Origin: an uncultured Actinomycetota bacterium
Lineage (GTDB): Bacteria > Actinomycetota > Actinomycetes > CAVWCF01
DNA: 64,000 bases
NCBI GenBank assembly: GCA_963753435.1
Contig: CAVWCF010000001.1
Location: 768,001-832,000, forward strand
Direction: 5' to 3'
In this document: piece after piece, positions 1-9,907 of the stretch
Numbering within the stretch: the first letter of the stretch is position 1
Layout: every line of letters starts with the position of its first letter
Position numbers and translations under genes: made by a program
Notes under the pieces: generated by a model
Told to the model about the DNA's origin: nothing
Database searches by the model: none
Seen by the model: only the letters and a program-made list of their open reading frames with translations

Positions 1-740
1 TTCGCACCGGATACCGCGGTCAAGTGGGCCAGCCCGGAGTCGCGCAGGTCGGCCACCAGCAATGGCGACAGCCTGCGCGTATCCCCGACGACGAGGCTGG
101 GTATCAACTCCCGCGCCGGCCCAGTCAGATGCTCGGTTGCGTCCCGTAGGCCGGAGCGCAGGTGCCCCGCCGCTCGCTGGTAGCCCGGGGGTGGACGAAT
201 CTGCACCGGTTCGCCGCGCACCGAGATGACCGCCGCAACGGGACCGGTCCGGTCCGAGGCCGTCAGGCGACCGCTGGCCCGCACCTGGCTGCCCAGCGCA
301 ACGTCGGCCCAGGAGTCGTCCGCCAGCACCAGCGCCGGAAGTCGCGACCCGGTCTGGGTGCCAGTACCAGCACCCGCAGTCGGACCGACGGCGTCCAGCC
401 GCACTGGGATCACCCAGCCGGTCCCGGAGCGGGTGGGCCGTGGGTCGGCCACGACAGTCGCGCTCGCGGTGACGCTGTGACCGATCCAGTCCTGCGCCGG
501 GTCGATCGCCACCGCCCACATCCGCAGCGTCAGGATGCCCAGCCCGGCGACCACGAAAGCCGCCACGATCGCCAACTTGTGCCAGTGCTTGGCGACTGCG
601 GCCAGCCCGACCGCGGCGGCCAGCACGGCTGCCGCCAGCACCATGGCCGGGCTGCCGGCGGTGAGCAGCAGCGCCGCCCAGAGCGCGACCGCGGCGGCGG
701 TGAACGGGCTGATCCGGTCCGGGCTGCGCCGCTCACCCAA
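1..740 (-). CDS. comEC: ComEC/Rec2 competence membrane channel, N-terminal part (runs off window start; start codon uncertain)
   Basis: Not in the ORF track. The minus frame from TTG 740 reads LGERRSPDRISPFTAAAVALWAALLL...LIPSLVVGDT...SGLAHLTAVSGA(N), the ComEC signature. Directly downstream of comEA. Confidence 0.85.
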   Translation of the reverse strand, partial: MGERRSPDRISPFTAAAVALWAALLLTAGSPAMVLAAAVLAAAVGLAAVAKHWHKLAIVAAFVVAGLGILTLRMWAVAIDPAQDWIGHSVTASATVVADPRPTRSGTGWVIPVRLDAVGPTAGAGTGTQTGSRLPALVLADDSWADVALGSQVRASGRLTASDRTGPVAAVISVRGEPVQIRPPPGYQRAAGHLRSGLRDATEHLTGPARELIPSLVVGDTRRLSPLLVADLRDSGLAHLTAVSGA

Positions 741-1434
741 CGCGAACGAGGTCACGCAGGTCCGCGAGTCGGGATTCGCCGATGCCGGACACCTCGCCAA
801 GGTCTTCGACGGACCGGAACGGTCCGTTCCTGGTCCGCCAGTCCACGATGCGGCCAGCCAGTACGGGCCCGACGCCGGGGAGCTCCTGCAGCAGGTCGGC
901 GTCGGCAGTGTTGAGGTTGATGACCGCGCCGCCGCCCGAGGCTTCACCGCCACCCGAAGCTGCGCTGGCACCCGGCGTCGCTGCGCTCACCCCGTCGACG
1001 GCAGCAGCGCCGGCGACGATCTGCTCCCCATCGACGACGGGTCTGGCCAGGTTCAGCGATTCGGCATCGCTGGCGCGGACCAGGCCACCGGCCGCGGAGA
1101 TCGCATCCAGCACCCTGGCGCCCGGCGAGAGCCGGACCAACCCGGGTCGCCGAACCGAACCGCTGACGTGGACCACCACTTCACCAGCAGTAGGCACCGG
1201 CTGGTTGCCCGGTTCGGTGGCAGCGGTAGTGGTAGTGGTCACGGCCGGACCCGAAGGCAGGTCAGGTGGGGCGACCACGCCGCCGGGTGACCTGGTGAAC
1301 CAGATCGCGAGCACGACGGCCAGCCCGATAACAGCCACGGCTACGCGCTTGACGGTCCGCTGATTCGGCGGGGCCAGCGCTTGCGCCCTTTCCCGGACCT
1401 GCTCAAAGAGTTGGTCGTGGACGGACTGCGGCAC
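733..1434 (-). CDS. comEA: ComEA DNA-uptake protein (TM helix, SLBB domain, helix-hairpin-helix)
   Basis: VVVHVSGSVRRPG, INLNTADADLLQELPGVGPVLAGRIVDWR, GPFRSVEDLGEVSGIG. Confidence 0.95.
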   Translation of the reverse strand: MPQSVHDQLFEQVRERAQALAPPNQRTVKRVAVAVIGLAVVLAIWFTRSPGGVVAPPDLPSGPAVTTTTTAATEPGNQPVPTAGEVVVHVSGSVRRPGLVRLSPGARVLDAISAAGGLVRASDAESLNLARPVVDGEQIVAGAAAVDGVSAATPGASAASGGGEASGGGAVINLNTADADLLQELPGVGPVLAGRIVDWRTRNGPFRSVEDLGEVSGIGESRLADLRDLVRVG

Positions 1435-1502
1435 ACGCGAACTTTGCGCCGCGTCCTGCCACTGTCCATTGGCGTCAGGGGCAGCGGTGGATCACTAGCC
1501 GG

Positions 1503-2348
1503 TCAGGACGGCTGTGGACCGGGGCTGACCACCACCGCGACCATCCCCGGCCCTACGTGGGCCCCGACCACGGCGCCGATCTCGGTGACCGGAACGTCGG
1601 CCCCGGTGCGGTCGTGCAGTCGGGTAGCCAACTGCTGCGCCCGGTCGGCGGCATCCAGGTGATGCACCGCCACGCGCGCCGGGCGTCCGCCGACACCGGT
1701 GACGGCCAGTTCCTCCAGGCGGTTCATCGCCCGCCCGAGTGTGCGCACCTTCTCCAGCGGCTCCACGACACCGTCGACCAGATGCAGGATCGGCTTGATC
1801 GACAAGGCCCCGCCGACGAAGGCCGCCGCCGGACCGATGCGACCACCGCGGCGCAGATACTCAAGCGTGCTGACCACGAACAGCACCTGGGAACCGGCGC
1901 ACACCTGCTCTGCAGCAACGGCGGCCTCCTCAACAGTCGCCCCAGCGGCTGCGGCTTCGGCCGCCGCGGCGGCGGCGTACCCCAGCACCATCCCGATCGA
2001 GCCGGAATCCACGCACCGCACCGGGATGTCGGCGTCCTTGGCCGCCAATTGCGCCGACTCGAACGTCCCCGACAGCGCCGAGGACAGGTGGATCGACACC
2101 ACCGCATCCGCGCCGGCGTCGCGCGCGGCGTCGTAGGCCGCCAGCATCAGGCTCGGTGACGGCCGGGCGGTGGTCACCGGTTCCCAGTTCCGCAACGCCC
2201 TGGTCAGTTCGGACGGATCGCTGGCGGTCTCGTCGGTGGCCACTCCCCCAATGACCACCTGCACCGGCACGACCCGGATGCCGTAACGCTCGGCGAACCC
2301 GGCAGGCAAGTACGCCGTGGAGTCGACGACGAGGGCGAGTCCGGCCAT
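1503..2348 (-). CDS. DegV family fatty-acid-binding protein
   Basis: VVDSTAYLP, HLSSALSGT, LEYLRRGGRIG, VGAHVGPG; usual leuS-degV-comEA order. Confidence 0.93.
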   Translation of the reverse strand: MAGLALVVDSTAYLPAGFAERYGIRVVPVQVVIGGVATDETASDPSELTRALRNWEPVTTARPSPSLMLAAYDAARDAGADAVVSIHLSSALSGTFESAQLAAKDADIPVRCVDSGSIGMVLGYAAAAAAEAAAAGATVEEAAVAAEQVCAGSQVLFVVSTLEYLRRGGRIGPAAAFVGGALSIKPILHLVDGVVEPLEKVRTLGRAMNRLEELAVTGVGGRPARVAVHHLDAADRAQQLATRLHDRTGADVPVTEIGAVVGAHVGPGMVAVVVSPGPQPS

Positions 2349-2402
2349 GCGCTTCAGGCTAGCCGCGAAGCCGAAGTCGCAGGCCGATTCGCGCCGCGCC
2401 GG

Positions 2403-4874
2403 TCAAGCCGGGACGACGTTGACCAGCCTCGGCGCGCGCACGATGACGGTGCGTACCCCCCGGCCGTCCAAGGCCTTGAGCACGGAGTCGCTGGCCAGGG
2501 CCAGTTCACGCAAGTCGTCCTCGGTGATGTCCGGGGACACCTCCAAGCGATCGCGCACCTTGCCAGCGACCTGGACCACGCAGGTGACGGCGTCGGCCAC
2601 CAGCAGTGCTTCGTCGACAGCGGGCCAGCCGGCGCGGGCCACCGTCGGCTCATGGCCGAGCCGGTGCCACATGTCCTCGGCTGTGTACGGGGCGACCAGC
2701 GAGAGCATCACGGCGATCGCCTCGGTCGCCTCGCGCACGGCCGGATCCGCGCCGCCCACGCCGCCGTCGATCGCCTTGCGGGTCACGTTGACCAACTCCA
2801 TGACGCGGGCCACGGCCACGTTGAAGCGATGCGCCTCCACCAGGCGGCCCACTTCGTCGATCGTGCGGGCGGTGGCCTTGCGCAGGGCCAGATCGCCGGT
2901 GGCTGGATCTGTGCCGACCGGCGCGGTCACGTCCCCGGACAACCGCCAGGCCCGCGCCAGGAACTTGCCCATTGCCGCCGCGGAAACGTCGGCCCAGTCG
3001 ATGTCGTCCTCCGGCGGACCGGCGAACACCATGGCAACGCGGATGGCGTCGACGCCGTGCTCGGACAGTTCGTCGGACAGTCGGACCAGGTTTCCGCGCG
3101 ACTTGCTCATCGCCGACCCGTCCATCTGAACCATGCCCTGGTTCAACAACCGCGTGAACGGCTCGGTGAAATCGACCATGCCCAGGTCGTGCAGAACCTT
3201 GGTGAAGAACCGGCTGTACAGCAGGTGCAGGATCGCGTGGGTCACGCCGCCGACGTACTGGTCGACGGGCATCCAACGTTGCGCCGCGGCCGGGTCGAAC
3301 GGCCCGTCGGTCTTGTTCGGGTCCAGGTAGCGCAGGAAGTACCACGACGAGTCGACGAACGTGTCCATCGTGTCGGTGTCGCGGGTGGCCGCCCCACCAC
3401 AGTTCGGGCACGAGACGTTGACCCAGTCCGCGGCCCCACCCAGCGGCGATGTGCCCTTGGGCTTGAGGTCCAGACCTTCCGCCGACGGCAGGGTCACCGG
3501 CAATTGCACTTCCGGGACCGGCACCTCGCCACAGTCGGCGCAGTGCACGATCGGGATGGGCGTGCCCCAGTACCGCTGCCTGGAGATCAGCCAGTCCCGC
3601 AGTCGGTAGTTGACCGCCGACTGGCCATGCCCGTTCTCGCCAAGCAACTCGATGATGCGCTTGATCGCCGCTTCTTTGGCGAGCCCGTCCAGAGGTCCGG
3701 AGTTGACGATGACGCCGTCGCCGGTCGTCGCCACCCCGGTGCTGCCCGGGTCCTCTGCGCCGGTGTCCACGACCACGCGAACCGGCAGGTCGAACGCACG
3801 CGCGAAGTCCAGGTCACGCTGGTCGTGCGCGGGTACCGCCATGATCGCGCCGTGGCCGTAGTCGGCCAGCACGTAGTCGGCCGCGTAGATAGGCAGCCGC
3901 TCGCCGTTGACCGGGTTGATCGCGTACCGCTGCAGGAACACCCCGGTCTTGTCGCGTTCGGTGGACAAGCGGTCCACGTCGGAGGTCTGCCGCACCTTCT
4001 CCAGGTAAGCGGCGAACTGCTCTACGACCTCCGGGGGTGACCCTTCGGCCAGTTCGGCAGCCAAGTCGGAGTCGGCCGCCACCACGAAGAAGGTCGCCCC
4101 GAAGAGCGTGTCCGGGCGGGTGGTGTAGATGGTCACCGGTTCCGCGCGGCCCTCGATCTCGAACAGCACGTCGGCACCGGTCGACCGGCCGATCCAGTTG
4201 CGCTGCATCAGCAGCACCTTCTCCGGCCAGTGGCCCTCCAACTCGGCCATGTCGTCCAACAACCGGTCGGCGTATTCGGTGATCCGGAAGTACCACTGGG
4301 TGAGCTTCTTCTTGGTGACCAGGCTGTCGCAGCGTTCGCAGCGACCGCCCACGACCTGCTCGTTGGCAAGCACGGTCTGGTCGGTGGGGCACCAGTTCAC
4401 CTGCGACGGCTTGCGGTAGGCCAGCCCGCGTTCGTACATGCGCAGGAACAGCCACTGGTTCCAGCGGTAGAACTCCGGGTCGCAGGTGTTCAGTACCCGG
4501 TCCCAGTCGAAGGAACACGCGTACCGCCGCATGGAAGCCTTCTGCGTTGCGATGTTCTCGTACGTCCAGGCGGCCGGGTCCACCCCGCGCTTGATGGCGG
4601 CGTTCTCCGCGGGCAGACCGAAGGCGTCCCAGCCGATCGGGTGCAGCACGTTGAAACCGCGCTGGACCCAGTACCGGGCGATTACGTCGCCGAGCGCGTA
4701 GGCCTCGGCGTGACCCATGTGCAGGTCACCGGACGGGTACGGGAACATGTCCAGTACGTACTTGCCCGGACGGTCATCGGCGGGGTCGCCGGAGCGGAAT
4801 GGCGCTAACTCGTCCCACACCGGCAGCCAGGTGTCCTGGATGGCGTGGGGGTCGAATCGTCGGTCATCGCTCAT
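2403..4874 (-). CDS. leuS: Leucine--tRNA ligase
   Basis: [13 protein letters not shown] (HIGH motif), [20 protein letters not shown] (KMSKS variant). Confidence 0.98.
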   Translation of the reverse strand: MSDDRRFDPHAIQDTWLPVWDELAPFRSGDPADDRPGKYVLDMFPYPSGDLHMGHAEAYALGDVIARYWVQRGFNVLHPIGWDAFGLPAENAAIKRGVDPAAWTYENIATQKASMRRYACSFDWDRVLNTCDPEFYRWNQWLFLRMYERGLAYRKPSQVNWCPTDQTVLANEQVVGGRCERCDSLVTKKKLTQWYFRITEYADRLLDDMAELEGHWPEKVLLMQRNWIGRSTGADVLFEIEGRAEPVTIYTTRPDTLFGATFFVVAADSDLAAELAEGSPPEVVEQFAAYLEKVRQTSDVDRLSTERDKTGVFLQRYAINPVNGERLPIYAADYVLADYGHGAIMAVPAHDQRDLDFARAFDLPVRVVVDTGAEDPGSTGVATTGDGVIVNSGPLDGLAKEAAIKRIIELLGENGHGQSAVNYRLRDWLISRQRYWGTPIPIVHCADCGEVPVPEVQLPVTLPSAEGLDLKPKGTSPLGGAADWVNVSCPNCGGAATRDTDTMDTFVDSSWYFLRYLDPNKTDGPFDPAAAQRWMPVDQYVGGVTHAILHLLYSRFFTKVLHDLGMVDFTEPFTRLLNQGMVQMDGSAMSKSRGNLVRLSDELSEHGVDAIRVAMVFAGPPEDDIDWADVSAAAMGKFLARAWRLSGDVTAPVGTDPATGDLALRKATARTIDEVGRLVEAHRFNVAVARVMELVNVTRKAIDGGVGGADPAVREATEAIAVMLSLVAPYTAEDMWHRLGHEPTVARAGWPAVDEALLVADAVTCVVQVAGKVRDRLEVSPDITEDDLRELALASDSVLKALDGRGVRTVIVRAPRLVNVVPA

Positions 4875-4898
4875 GGGCCGACGAAGGGTACTCCAGGC

Positions 4899-5735
4899 CT
4901 AGTCGGCGGTATCGCTCGCAGCGACTCGGCGCAGCAGGGCCCGGCGCCGGTACATGGCTGCATCCGCCGCCTGGACCAGCGACTCCAACGACTCCTGCTC
5001 CCATGGCGGAGACAATGCGCCGCCTACGGTCACCGCCGCGTCCCACAGGCCCGAGTCGACGGGGGGTACCCGGCGGATGTGTTCGGCAACTCGTCGTTCC
5101 AGGTCCAGCGGTGCGGTGCCGGTGCCTGGACCGACCACCACGAACTCATCACCGCCCATGCGCGCCACGACGTCGGTGCCTCGGGTCACCTCCTGCAGCG
5201 CATCCGCAACAGCCACCAGGACCTCGTCGCCGGCGGTATGACCGGCTTGGTCGTTGACGGCCTTCAGTCGGTCGACGTCGAGAAACAGGCAGTGCACGGC
5301 GTCCCCACCGCGGCGAGCCGACTCCACCATGGGCCCGGCGCGCATCACCAGACCGGCCCGGTTGGCCAGTCCAGTCAGCGGATCAGTCACAGCCAGCGCC
5401 CGTGCTTCGGCTACCGCGGCGGCCAACTTCGCCGCGGTGGATCTGCGGGCTCGGTAGACGAGCAGCCCGGTCCCGGTGGCCGCCAACATGGCAATCACCC
5501 AGACGGCCCAGCCGTCAGCTATGGCACCGACCCAGGCGGCACCGATCAGCCAGGCGGCCCAAAGCCAAACCAGCAGCAGCCCCGCTGCGCGCAGCGGCGC
5601 CACGAAGGCGGCGACCGAAACGAGCAGCAGGACGAAACCAACGGTTGCGATCGGCGCAGCGGCCAGACCCATCCAGACTGCGAGCCCGACCGCGGCGGTA
5701 CCGATACCGACGGCACTCAGAGCAGGTCGGTCCAC
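4899..5735 (-). CDS. Membrane-anchored diguanylate cyclase (GGDEF domain)
   Basis: About 4 hydrophobic helices, then TDPLTGLANR, DVDRLKAVNDQAGHTAGD, I-site RGTD and RMGGDEF. Start moved to GTG 5735 because the track ORF begins inside tRNA-Ala. Confidence 0.88.
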   Translation of the reverse strand: MDRPALSAVGIGTAAVGLAVWMGLAAAPIATVGFVLLLVSVAAFVAPLRAAGLLLVWLWAAWLIGAAWVGAIADGWAVWVIAMLAATGTGLLVYRARRSTAAKLAAAVAEARALAVTDPLTGLANRAGLVMRAGPMVESARRGGDAVHCLFLDVDRLKAVNDQAGHTAGDEVLVAVADALQEVTRGTDVVARMGGDEFVVVGPGTGTAPLDLERRVAEHIRRVPPVDSGLWDAAVTVGGALSPPWEQESLESLVQAADAAMYRRRALLRRVAASDTAD

Positions 5736-5791
5736 ACATCGGGCTTCGGCTGGCGGAAGCGGGAACTTGATGCCTGCAATTGACTTGAACT

Positions 5792-5867
5792 TGGTGGAGC
5801 TAAGGGGACTCGAACCCCTGACCTTCTGCATGCCATGCAGACGCGCTACCAGCTGCGCCATAGCCCC
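5792..5867 (-). tRNA. tRNA-Ala (GGC)
   Basis: GGGGCTATGGCGCAGCTGGTAGCGCG TCTGC-ATGGCAT-GCAGA AGGTCAGGGGTTCGAGTCCCCTTAGCTCCACCA; cloverleaf with encoded CCA. Confidence 0.97.
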
Positions 5868-5898
5868 AAGTGGTTGCCGAAGTGTACCCGCACACCGG

Positions 5899-6543
5899 TC
5901 AGCGATCGTCGCCGATCACCGGCTCGGGCAGGCTCCCGGCGTTGTGTTCGGTCAGCCGCCAACCGAACGGCGATGCCGGCGTCTCCTCCAGTACTGACCA
6001 GTTGCAGTTGGCCAGACCACCCAAGGCACCCCAAGCGGCCAGCGGCAGGCCCAGGAAACGCCCCAGCACCGCGCGGGCCGCACCACCGTGCGTGACCGCG
6101 ACGAGCACACCACCGGCCGGAATCTCGGTCAGGGCTTCGGTCAGCCCCGCCTCCATGCGATCGGCCACCTGCGAACGGGTCTCCGCGCCACCGGCGGCCA
6201 GATCGGATCCGGCCCGCCAGGCCGCGAACGCCTCGCCATCAGCAGCCAGGATCTCCGTGTCCAGCCGACCCTCCCACGCGCCGCCATGGGTCTCCCGCAG
6301 GCGGGCGTCGGTGTGCACCGGCAGTCCGGTGATCCGCGCCAACGGCTCAGCCGTGAGCCGGGCCCGGGACAGGTCACTGGCAGCGATGCGAGACGGCGGG
6401 AAACCGGCAAGAAGTCGGGCCGCATGCTCGGCCTGCTCCAAGCCGACGTCGTCCAGCGGCACGTCCTGGTGGCCCTGAAAGCGGTTGATGGCGTTCCAAG
6501 CGGTTCGGCCGTGCCGGACCAGAACGATGCGCCGCTGGTTCAT
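5899..6543 (-). CDS. Histidine phosphatase (phosphoglycerate mutase family)
   Basis: LVRHGRTAWN, LRETHGGAWEG, VTHGG. Confidence 0.93.
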   Translation of the reverse strand: MNQRRIVLVRHGRTAWNAINRFQGHQDVPLDDVGLEQAEHAARLLAGFPPSRIAASDLSRARLTAEPLARITGLPVHTDARLRETHGGAWEGRLDTEILAADGEAFAAWRAGSDLAAGGAETRSQVADRMEAGLTEALTEIPAGGVLVAVTHGGAARAVLGRFLGLPLAAWGALGGLANCNWSVLEETPASPFGWRLTEHNAGSLPEPVIGDDR

Positions 6544-6932
6544 GCGCCGGCCTTGGCTGCCCCCGGACCATCAAGGTCCGGTAGCTCCACCAACGGGCAG
6601 TCCTTCCAAAGGCGCTCCAGCGCGTAGAAACCCCGGTCCTCCTCGTGCATGGCGTGCACCACGACGTCACCGAAGTCCAGCAGCACCCAACGACCTTCTT
6701 TGGCGCCTTCGCGGCGCCGCGGCTTGGCCTGGTGTTCCTTGCGGGCCCGATCCTCGATCTCGTCCACGATGGCCAGCACCTGGCGCTCGTTAGGGGCGGA
6801 GCAGAGCAGGAAGACGTCGGTAATCACCAACTGCTCGCTTACATCAACCGCGAGCACGTCAACGGCCTTCTTGTCCGATGCGGCCAGGGCGGCGGTGCGC
6901 GCCAGCGCCACCGCTTCCGCAGTTGCCGTCAT
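6540..6932 (-). CDS. rsfS: Ribosome silencing factor RsfS (Iojap)
   Basis: DKKAVDV, WVLLDFGDVVVH, FYALERLWKDCP. Confidence 0.96.
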   Translation of the reverse strand: MTATAEAVALARTAALAASDKKAVDVLAVDVSEQLVITDVFLLCSAPNERQVLAIVDEIEDRARKEHQAKPRRREGAKEGRWVLLDFGDVVVHAMHEEDRGFYALERLWKDCPLVELPDLDGPGAAKAGA

Positions 6933-7026
6933 CGATTCCTCCTGAGCACGACGCCGTTCAGGCGCAGGCGCTCATTTTCGCATGCGGCCGCGGCCGCAAG
7001 TGACGCCGTCAGTTCCCGGACGCGGC

Positions 7027-8211
7027 TCAGGGCGCGTAGTCGGCGCCCAGAACCACGACGACATCGGCAAGGGTCTGCCCCTGTGGCGTCTGTTGAACTG
7101 CGGTCTCGGGCAGGCCTAGGGCGCGAGCCACCTGGACGCCGGAATCGACGGCATCGCCGGTCACCAGGACGACCGACTCGTCGTAACCGAACCCGGTCGC
7201 ATTGCCGCCATTGACGTACTCCAGCCCGGCAGCGACCAGCTTGCTGCGGGCCCCGTCACCCAGGCCCGGAGTACCTACGCCGTTTCGCACCAACACGCGG
7301 ATGCTGCTTCCCTGCGCGCCGTCGCGGGCAACACCGGCCAGCAGCCCGTCCAACAGCGATTGGGCGGCGGTGCGGTCCAGGGTGACCGCGGGAGTGGCCC
7401 CACCGGCGTCGAGCGGCCGCAACGGCAAAGTCTGGAACGGCAACGGATCGCTGGCCGCGGCCAGTTCCAGCAGCGCGGCGAGATCCGGCACGGCCAGGTC
7501 GGTTCGTGAGCCGGCGCCAAGCCCGGCGAGAGTGGTTTCGGTGTCCGCGCTCAGGCCCGCGATGATGCCCTTGAGCACCGGCTGCAACGCGGCAGCGCTG
7601 GCCTCAGGGGTGCGGACGTCTTCGGCCTTCAGGCCGCTGAGGGAGGCGGTTGCGTCCGCGCCGGAGCGTTGCAGGAGCGCCGTGGCCGCTTCCTCGGTCA
7701 CGCGCCACGTCCCGGCGACATTGATACGCAGTGCATCGGCGATGGCCGCCGCCTGCGCCCCGGCTCCGGGAGCTTGCCCGGACTTGGCGAAAGTGACCGA
7801 GCCAAAGCCGGCCACGTCAACAAGAAGGTCTGCTGGGATCAGCAGCACGGCGGTCCCACCTTGGCCGCCGCCGACCAGCAGCGCGCCCCCGATCGCGGTG
7901 TTGTCGGCCGAATCGATGCTCACGAGGACGGCTTGCCGGGGCAGTTGCGCACCCGCGGACGAATCGGCACCGCCGCCAAGAAGGATCCGGGCCGCCACGG
8001 CGACGACCACGACGGCGACAATCCCGGCCGCGACCCACCGCCAGCGCTGCGGCAACTGCGGCATCTCGGGCAACCGGGGCCGGCTGACATGGCGGGCCGG
8101 TACCACGGCGCGGGGGGCTCGGGGGCGCTCAGGTGCCAGCGTGCCGGAGCCGGCGGGCGCAGAATGGGCCGACGGCAGCGGATCGATTCCCTTACGGCGT
8201 TTGCCGGCCAT
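7027..8211 (-). CDS. Membrane protein with degenerate LCP-like region and LytR C-terminal domain
   Basis: One TM helix; LLIPADLLVDV; C-terminal VLVRNGVGTPGLG...ADVVVVLGADY; usual position between nadD and rsfS. Confidence 0.75.
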   Translation of the reverse strand: MAGKRRKGIDPLPSAHSAPAGSGTLAPERPRAPRAVVPARHVSRPRLPEMPQLPQRWRWVAAGIVAVVVVAVAARILLGGGADSSAGAQLPRQAVLVSIDSADNTAIGGALLVGGGQGGTAVLLIPADLLVDVAGFGSVTFAKSGQAPGAGAQAAAIADALRINVAGTWRVTEEAATALLQRSGADATASLSGLKAEDVRTPEASAAALQPVLKGIIAGLSADTETTLAGLGAGSRTDLAVPDLAALLELAAASDPLPFQTLPLRPLDAGGATPAVTLDRTAAQSLLDGLLAGVARDGAQGSSIRVLVRNGVGTPGLGDGARSKLVAAGLEYVNGGNATGFGYDESVVLVTGDAVDSGVQVARALGLPETAVQQTPQGQTLADVVVVLGADYAP

Positions 8212-8219
8212 TTACTCCC

Positions 8220-8807
8220 CTACCGATACAGCCCGCGCTTGTCTATGTACTGCATGACCCCATCGGTCACCAGGTACCTAATCGGCAGGTTTGCGGCCAC
8301 ACGTGAGCGGCAATCGGTGGATGAGATCGCCAAGGCCGGGATCTCCACCAGGCTGACCGATCCGGACGGCAGCCCCGGGTCCGCCAGTCGGTGCCCCGGT
8401 CGGGTCACACCGATGAAGTGAGCCATGCTCACCAACTCGTCGGAGCGTTGCCACGACAGGATCTGCGCCAGGGCATCGGCGCCGGTGATGAAGAACAGCT
8501 CCGCGTCCGCACCGAACTCCGCGCGCAGGTCAACAAGGGTGTCGGCGGTGTAGGTCTCCCCGGGCCGGTCCACGTCCACTCGGGACACGCTGAACCGCGA
8601 ATCTGCGGCGGTGGCGATGACACACATCAGGTAGCGGTCCTCGGCCGCGGACACGTGGCGTTCCTGCTTCTGCCACGGACGACCGGTAGGTACGAACACG
8701 ACCTGGTCCAGGTTGAACTCCTGAGCCACCTCGCTGGCGGCGACGAGGTGACCCAGGTGGATGGGGTCGAAGGTGCCGCCCATCACCCCTACGCGGGCTG
8801 GCGGCAC
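8220..8807 (-). CDS. nadD: Nicotinate-nucleotide adenylyltransferase
   Basis: [23 protein letters not shown]. Confidence 0.97.
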   Translation of the reverse strand: MPPARVGVMGGTFDPIHLGHLVAASEVAQEFNLDQVVFVPTGRPWQKQERHVSAAEDRYLMCVIATAADSRFSVSRVDVDRPGETYTADTLVDLRAEFGADAELFFITGADALAQILSWQRSDELVSMAHFIGVTRPGHRLADPGLPSGSVSLVEIPALAISSTDCRSRVAANLPIRYLVTDGVMQYIDKRGLYR

Positions 8808-8810
8808 GGG

Positions 8811-8954
8811 TCAGCGATCGGGGTTGAAACGCGTGACGACGTACAGGGCGATCGCCAGGACCGCGAAGCCACCGACCCCGAACAGCCAGGCTGGGGCCCC
8901 CGAACTCTCCGCCTCCGCGGCCTCCGAGAGCGCAAGCAGCGCCAATCCACTCAT
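8811..8954 (-). CDS. Small single-TM conserved actinobacterial protein (47 aa)
   Basis: MSGLALLAL...WLFGVGGFAVLAIALYVVTRFNPDR; GGAGG upstream; typical slot before nadD. Confidence 0.7.
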   Translation of the reverse strand: MSGLALLALSEAAEAESSGAPAWLFGVGGFAVLAIALYVVTRFNPDR

Positions 8955-9026
8955 CGACTCACCACCTCCGCGATGGCCCCCGTCGGCCGGGCGACCGGGA
9001 CGCACACTATCGGGCAGGATCGGCGC

Positions 9027-9902
9027 ATGCGGATAGCTGTGTGTGGACTAGGCCGGATGGGCCGACTGATGGCCGGGCACCTCGTGGCGGCCGGCCATGA
9101 GGTGACTGTCTGGAACCGGACGCCCGGGCGGGCCGCCGAGCTCGTTGCTGCCGGAGCCATCGAAGCGCCGACCCCGGCTGCGGCCGCCCGCGACGCCGAA
9201 GCCGTGGTTGCCGTCTTGTTCGGTCCGGACAGCGTCGCCGAGGTCTTGACCGGCGCCGAAGGCGTCCTGGTCGGACTGGCCGCCGATTCCCTCGTCATCG
9301 ACACGACGACCATCGGTCCTGCCGACGCCAGGCGGTTCGCAGCGCTGGTGCAGGACTCCGGCGGCCGCTACCTGGATGCGCCGCTGATCGGCTCGATCGG
9401 GCCGGCCACGACGGGGACGTTGGGTTCCTTCGTGGGCGGCTCGGAAGCCGACTTTGCGGCGGCCCTGGACATCCTGGGTTGCTGGTGCGACCCGGCGGCC
9501 GTCGTGCACGCGGGCCCGGTGGGCGCCGGCTCGGCGGTGAAGATCGTCCGAAACCTGGGCCATGCCGTTGCCGTCGCCGGCCTCGGCGAGGCCCTGCGCC
9601 TGGCGGCCGACCTCGGGATGGACCGACAGTTGGCGCTCGGCGCGCTCGCGGCGGGACCGCTGTCCTGGACGCTGCAGGCAACCGGTTCGACCTTGGCCGA
9701 TCGCGACTACGCCGACGCGGAGTTCACGGCCGCCCTGCTCGCAAAGGACGCGGGGCTGGCAGTGGCCGCCGCCGAGCGCCCCATGCCGCTGGTGTCGCTG
9801 GCGCAAGCCTGGGCGGACACCGCCTGTGCAGCTGGAGCCGAGCAGCGGCACTACCTGGCTGTCGCCGACTTCATCGAATCCGGCAGCGGGCAGCCGGAAT
9901 AG
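9027..9902 (+). CDS. NAD(P)-dependent oxidoreductase, 3-hydroxyisobutyrate dehydrogenase family
   Basis: MRIAVCGLGRMG Rossmann motif, VWNRT, YLDAPLIGS, GSAVKIVRN; start set at ATG 9027. Confidence 0.9.
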   Translation: MRIAVCGLGRMGRLMAGHLVAAGHEVTVWNRTPGRAAELVAAGAIEAPTPAAAARDAEAVVAVLFGPDSVAEVLTGAEGVLVGLAADSLVIDTTTIGPADARRFAALVQDSGGRYLDAPLIGSIGPATTGTLGSFVGGSEADFAAALDILGCWCDPAAVVHAGPVGAGSAVKIVRNLGHAVAVAGLGEALRLAADLGMDRQLALGALAAGPLSWTLQATGSTLADRDYADAEFTAALLAKDAGLAVAAAERPMPLVSLAQAWADTACAAGAEQRHYLAVADFIESGSGQPE

Positions 9903-9907
9903 ATGAA

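Noticed and set aside
530-736. GTG 736 ORF (68 aa) as a separate gene
   Set aside because: It is out of frame with the ComEC coding frame. ComEC probably starts at TTG 740, or at GTG 736 with an indel; this cannot be resolved from sequence alone.
4875-4898. T-box or other attenuator for leuS (and valS)
   Set aside because: The intergenic spaces are far too short and the genes appear leaderless or near-leaderless.
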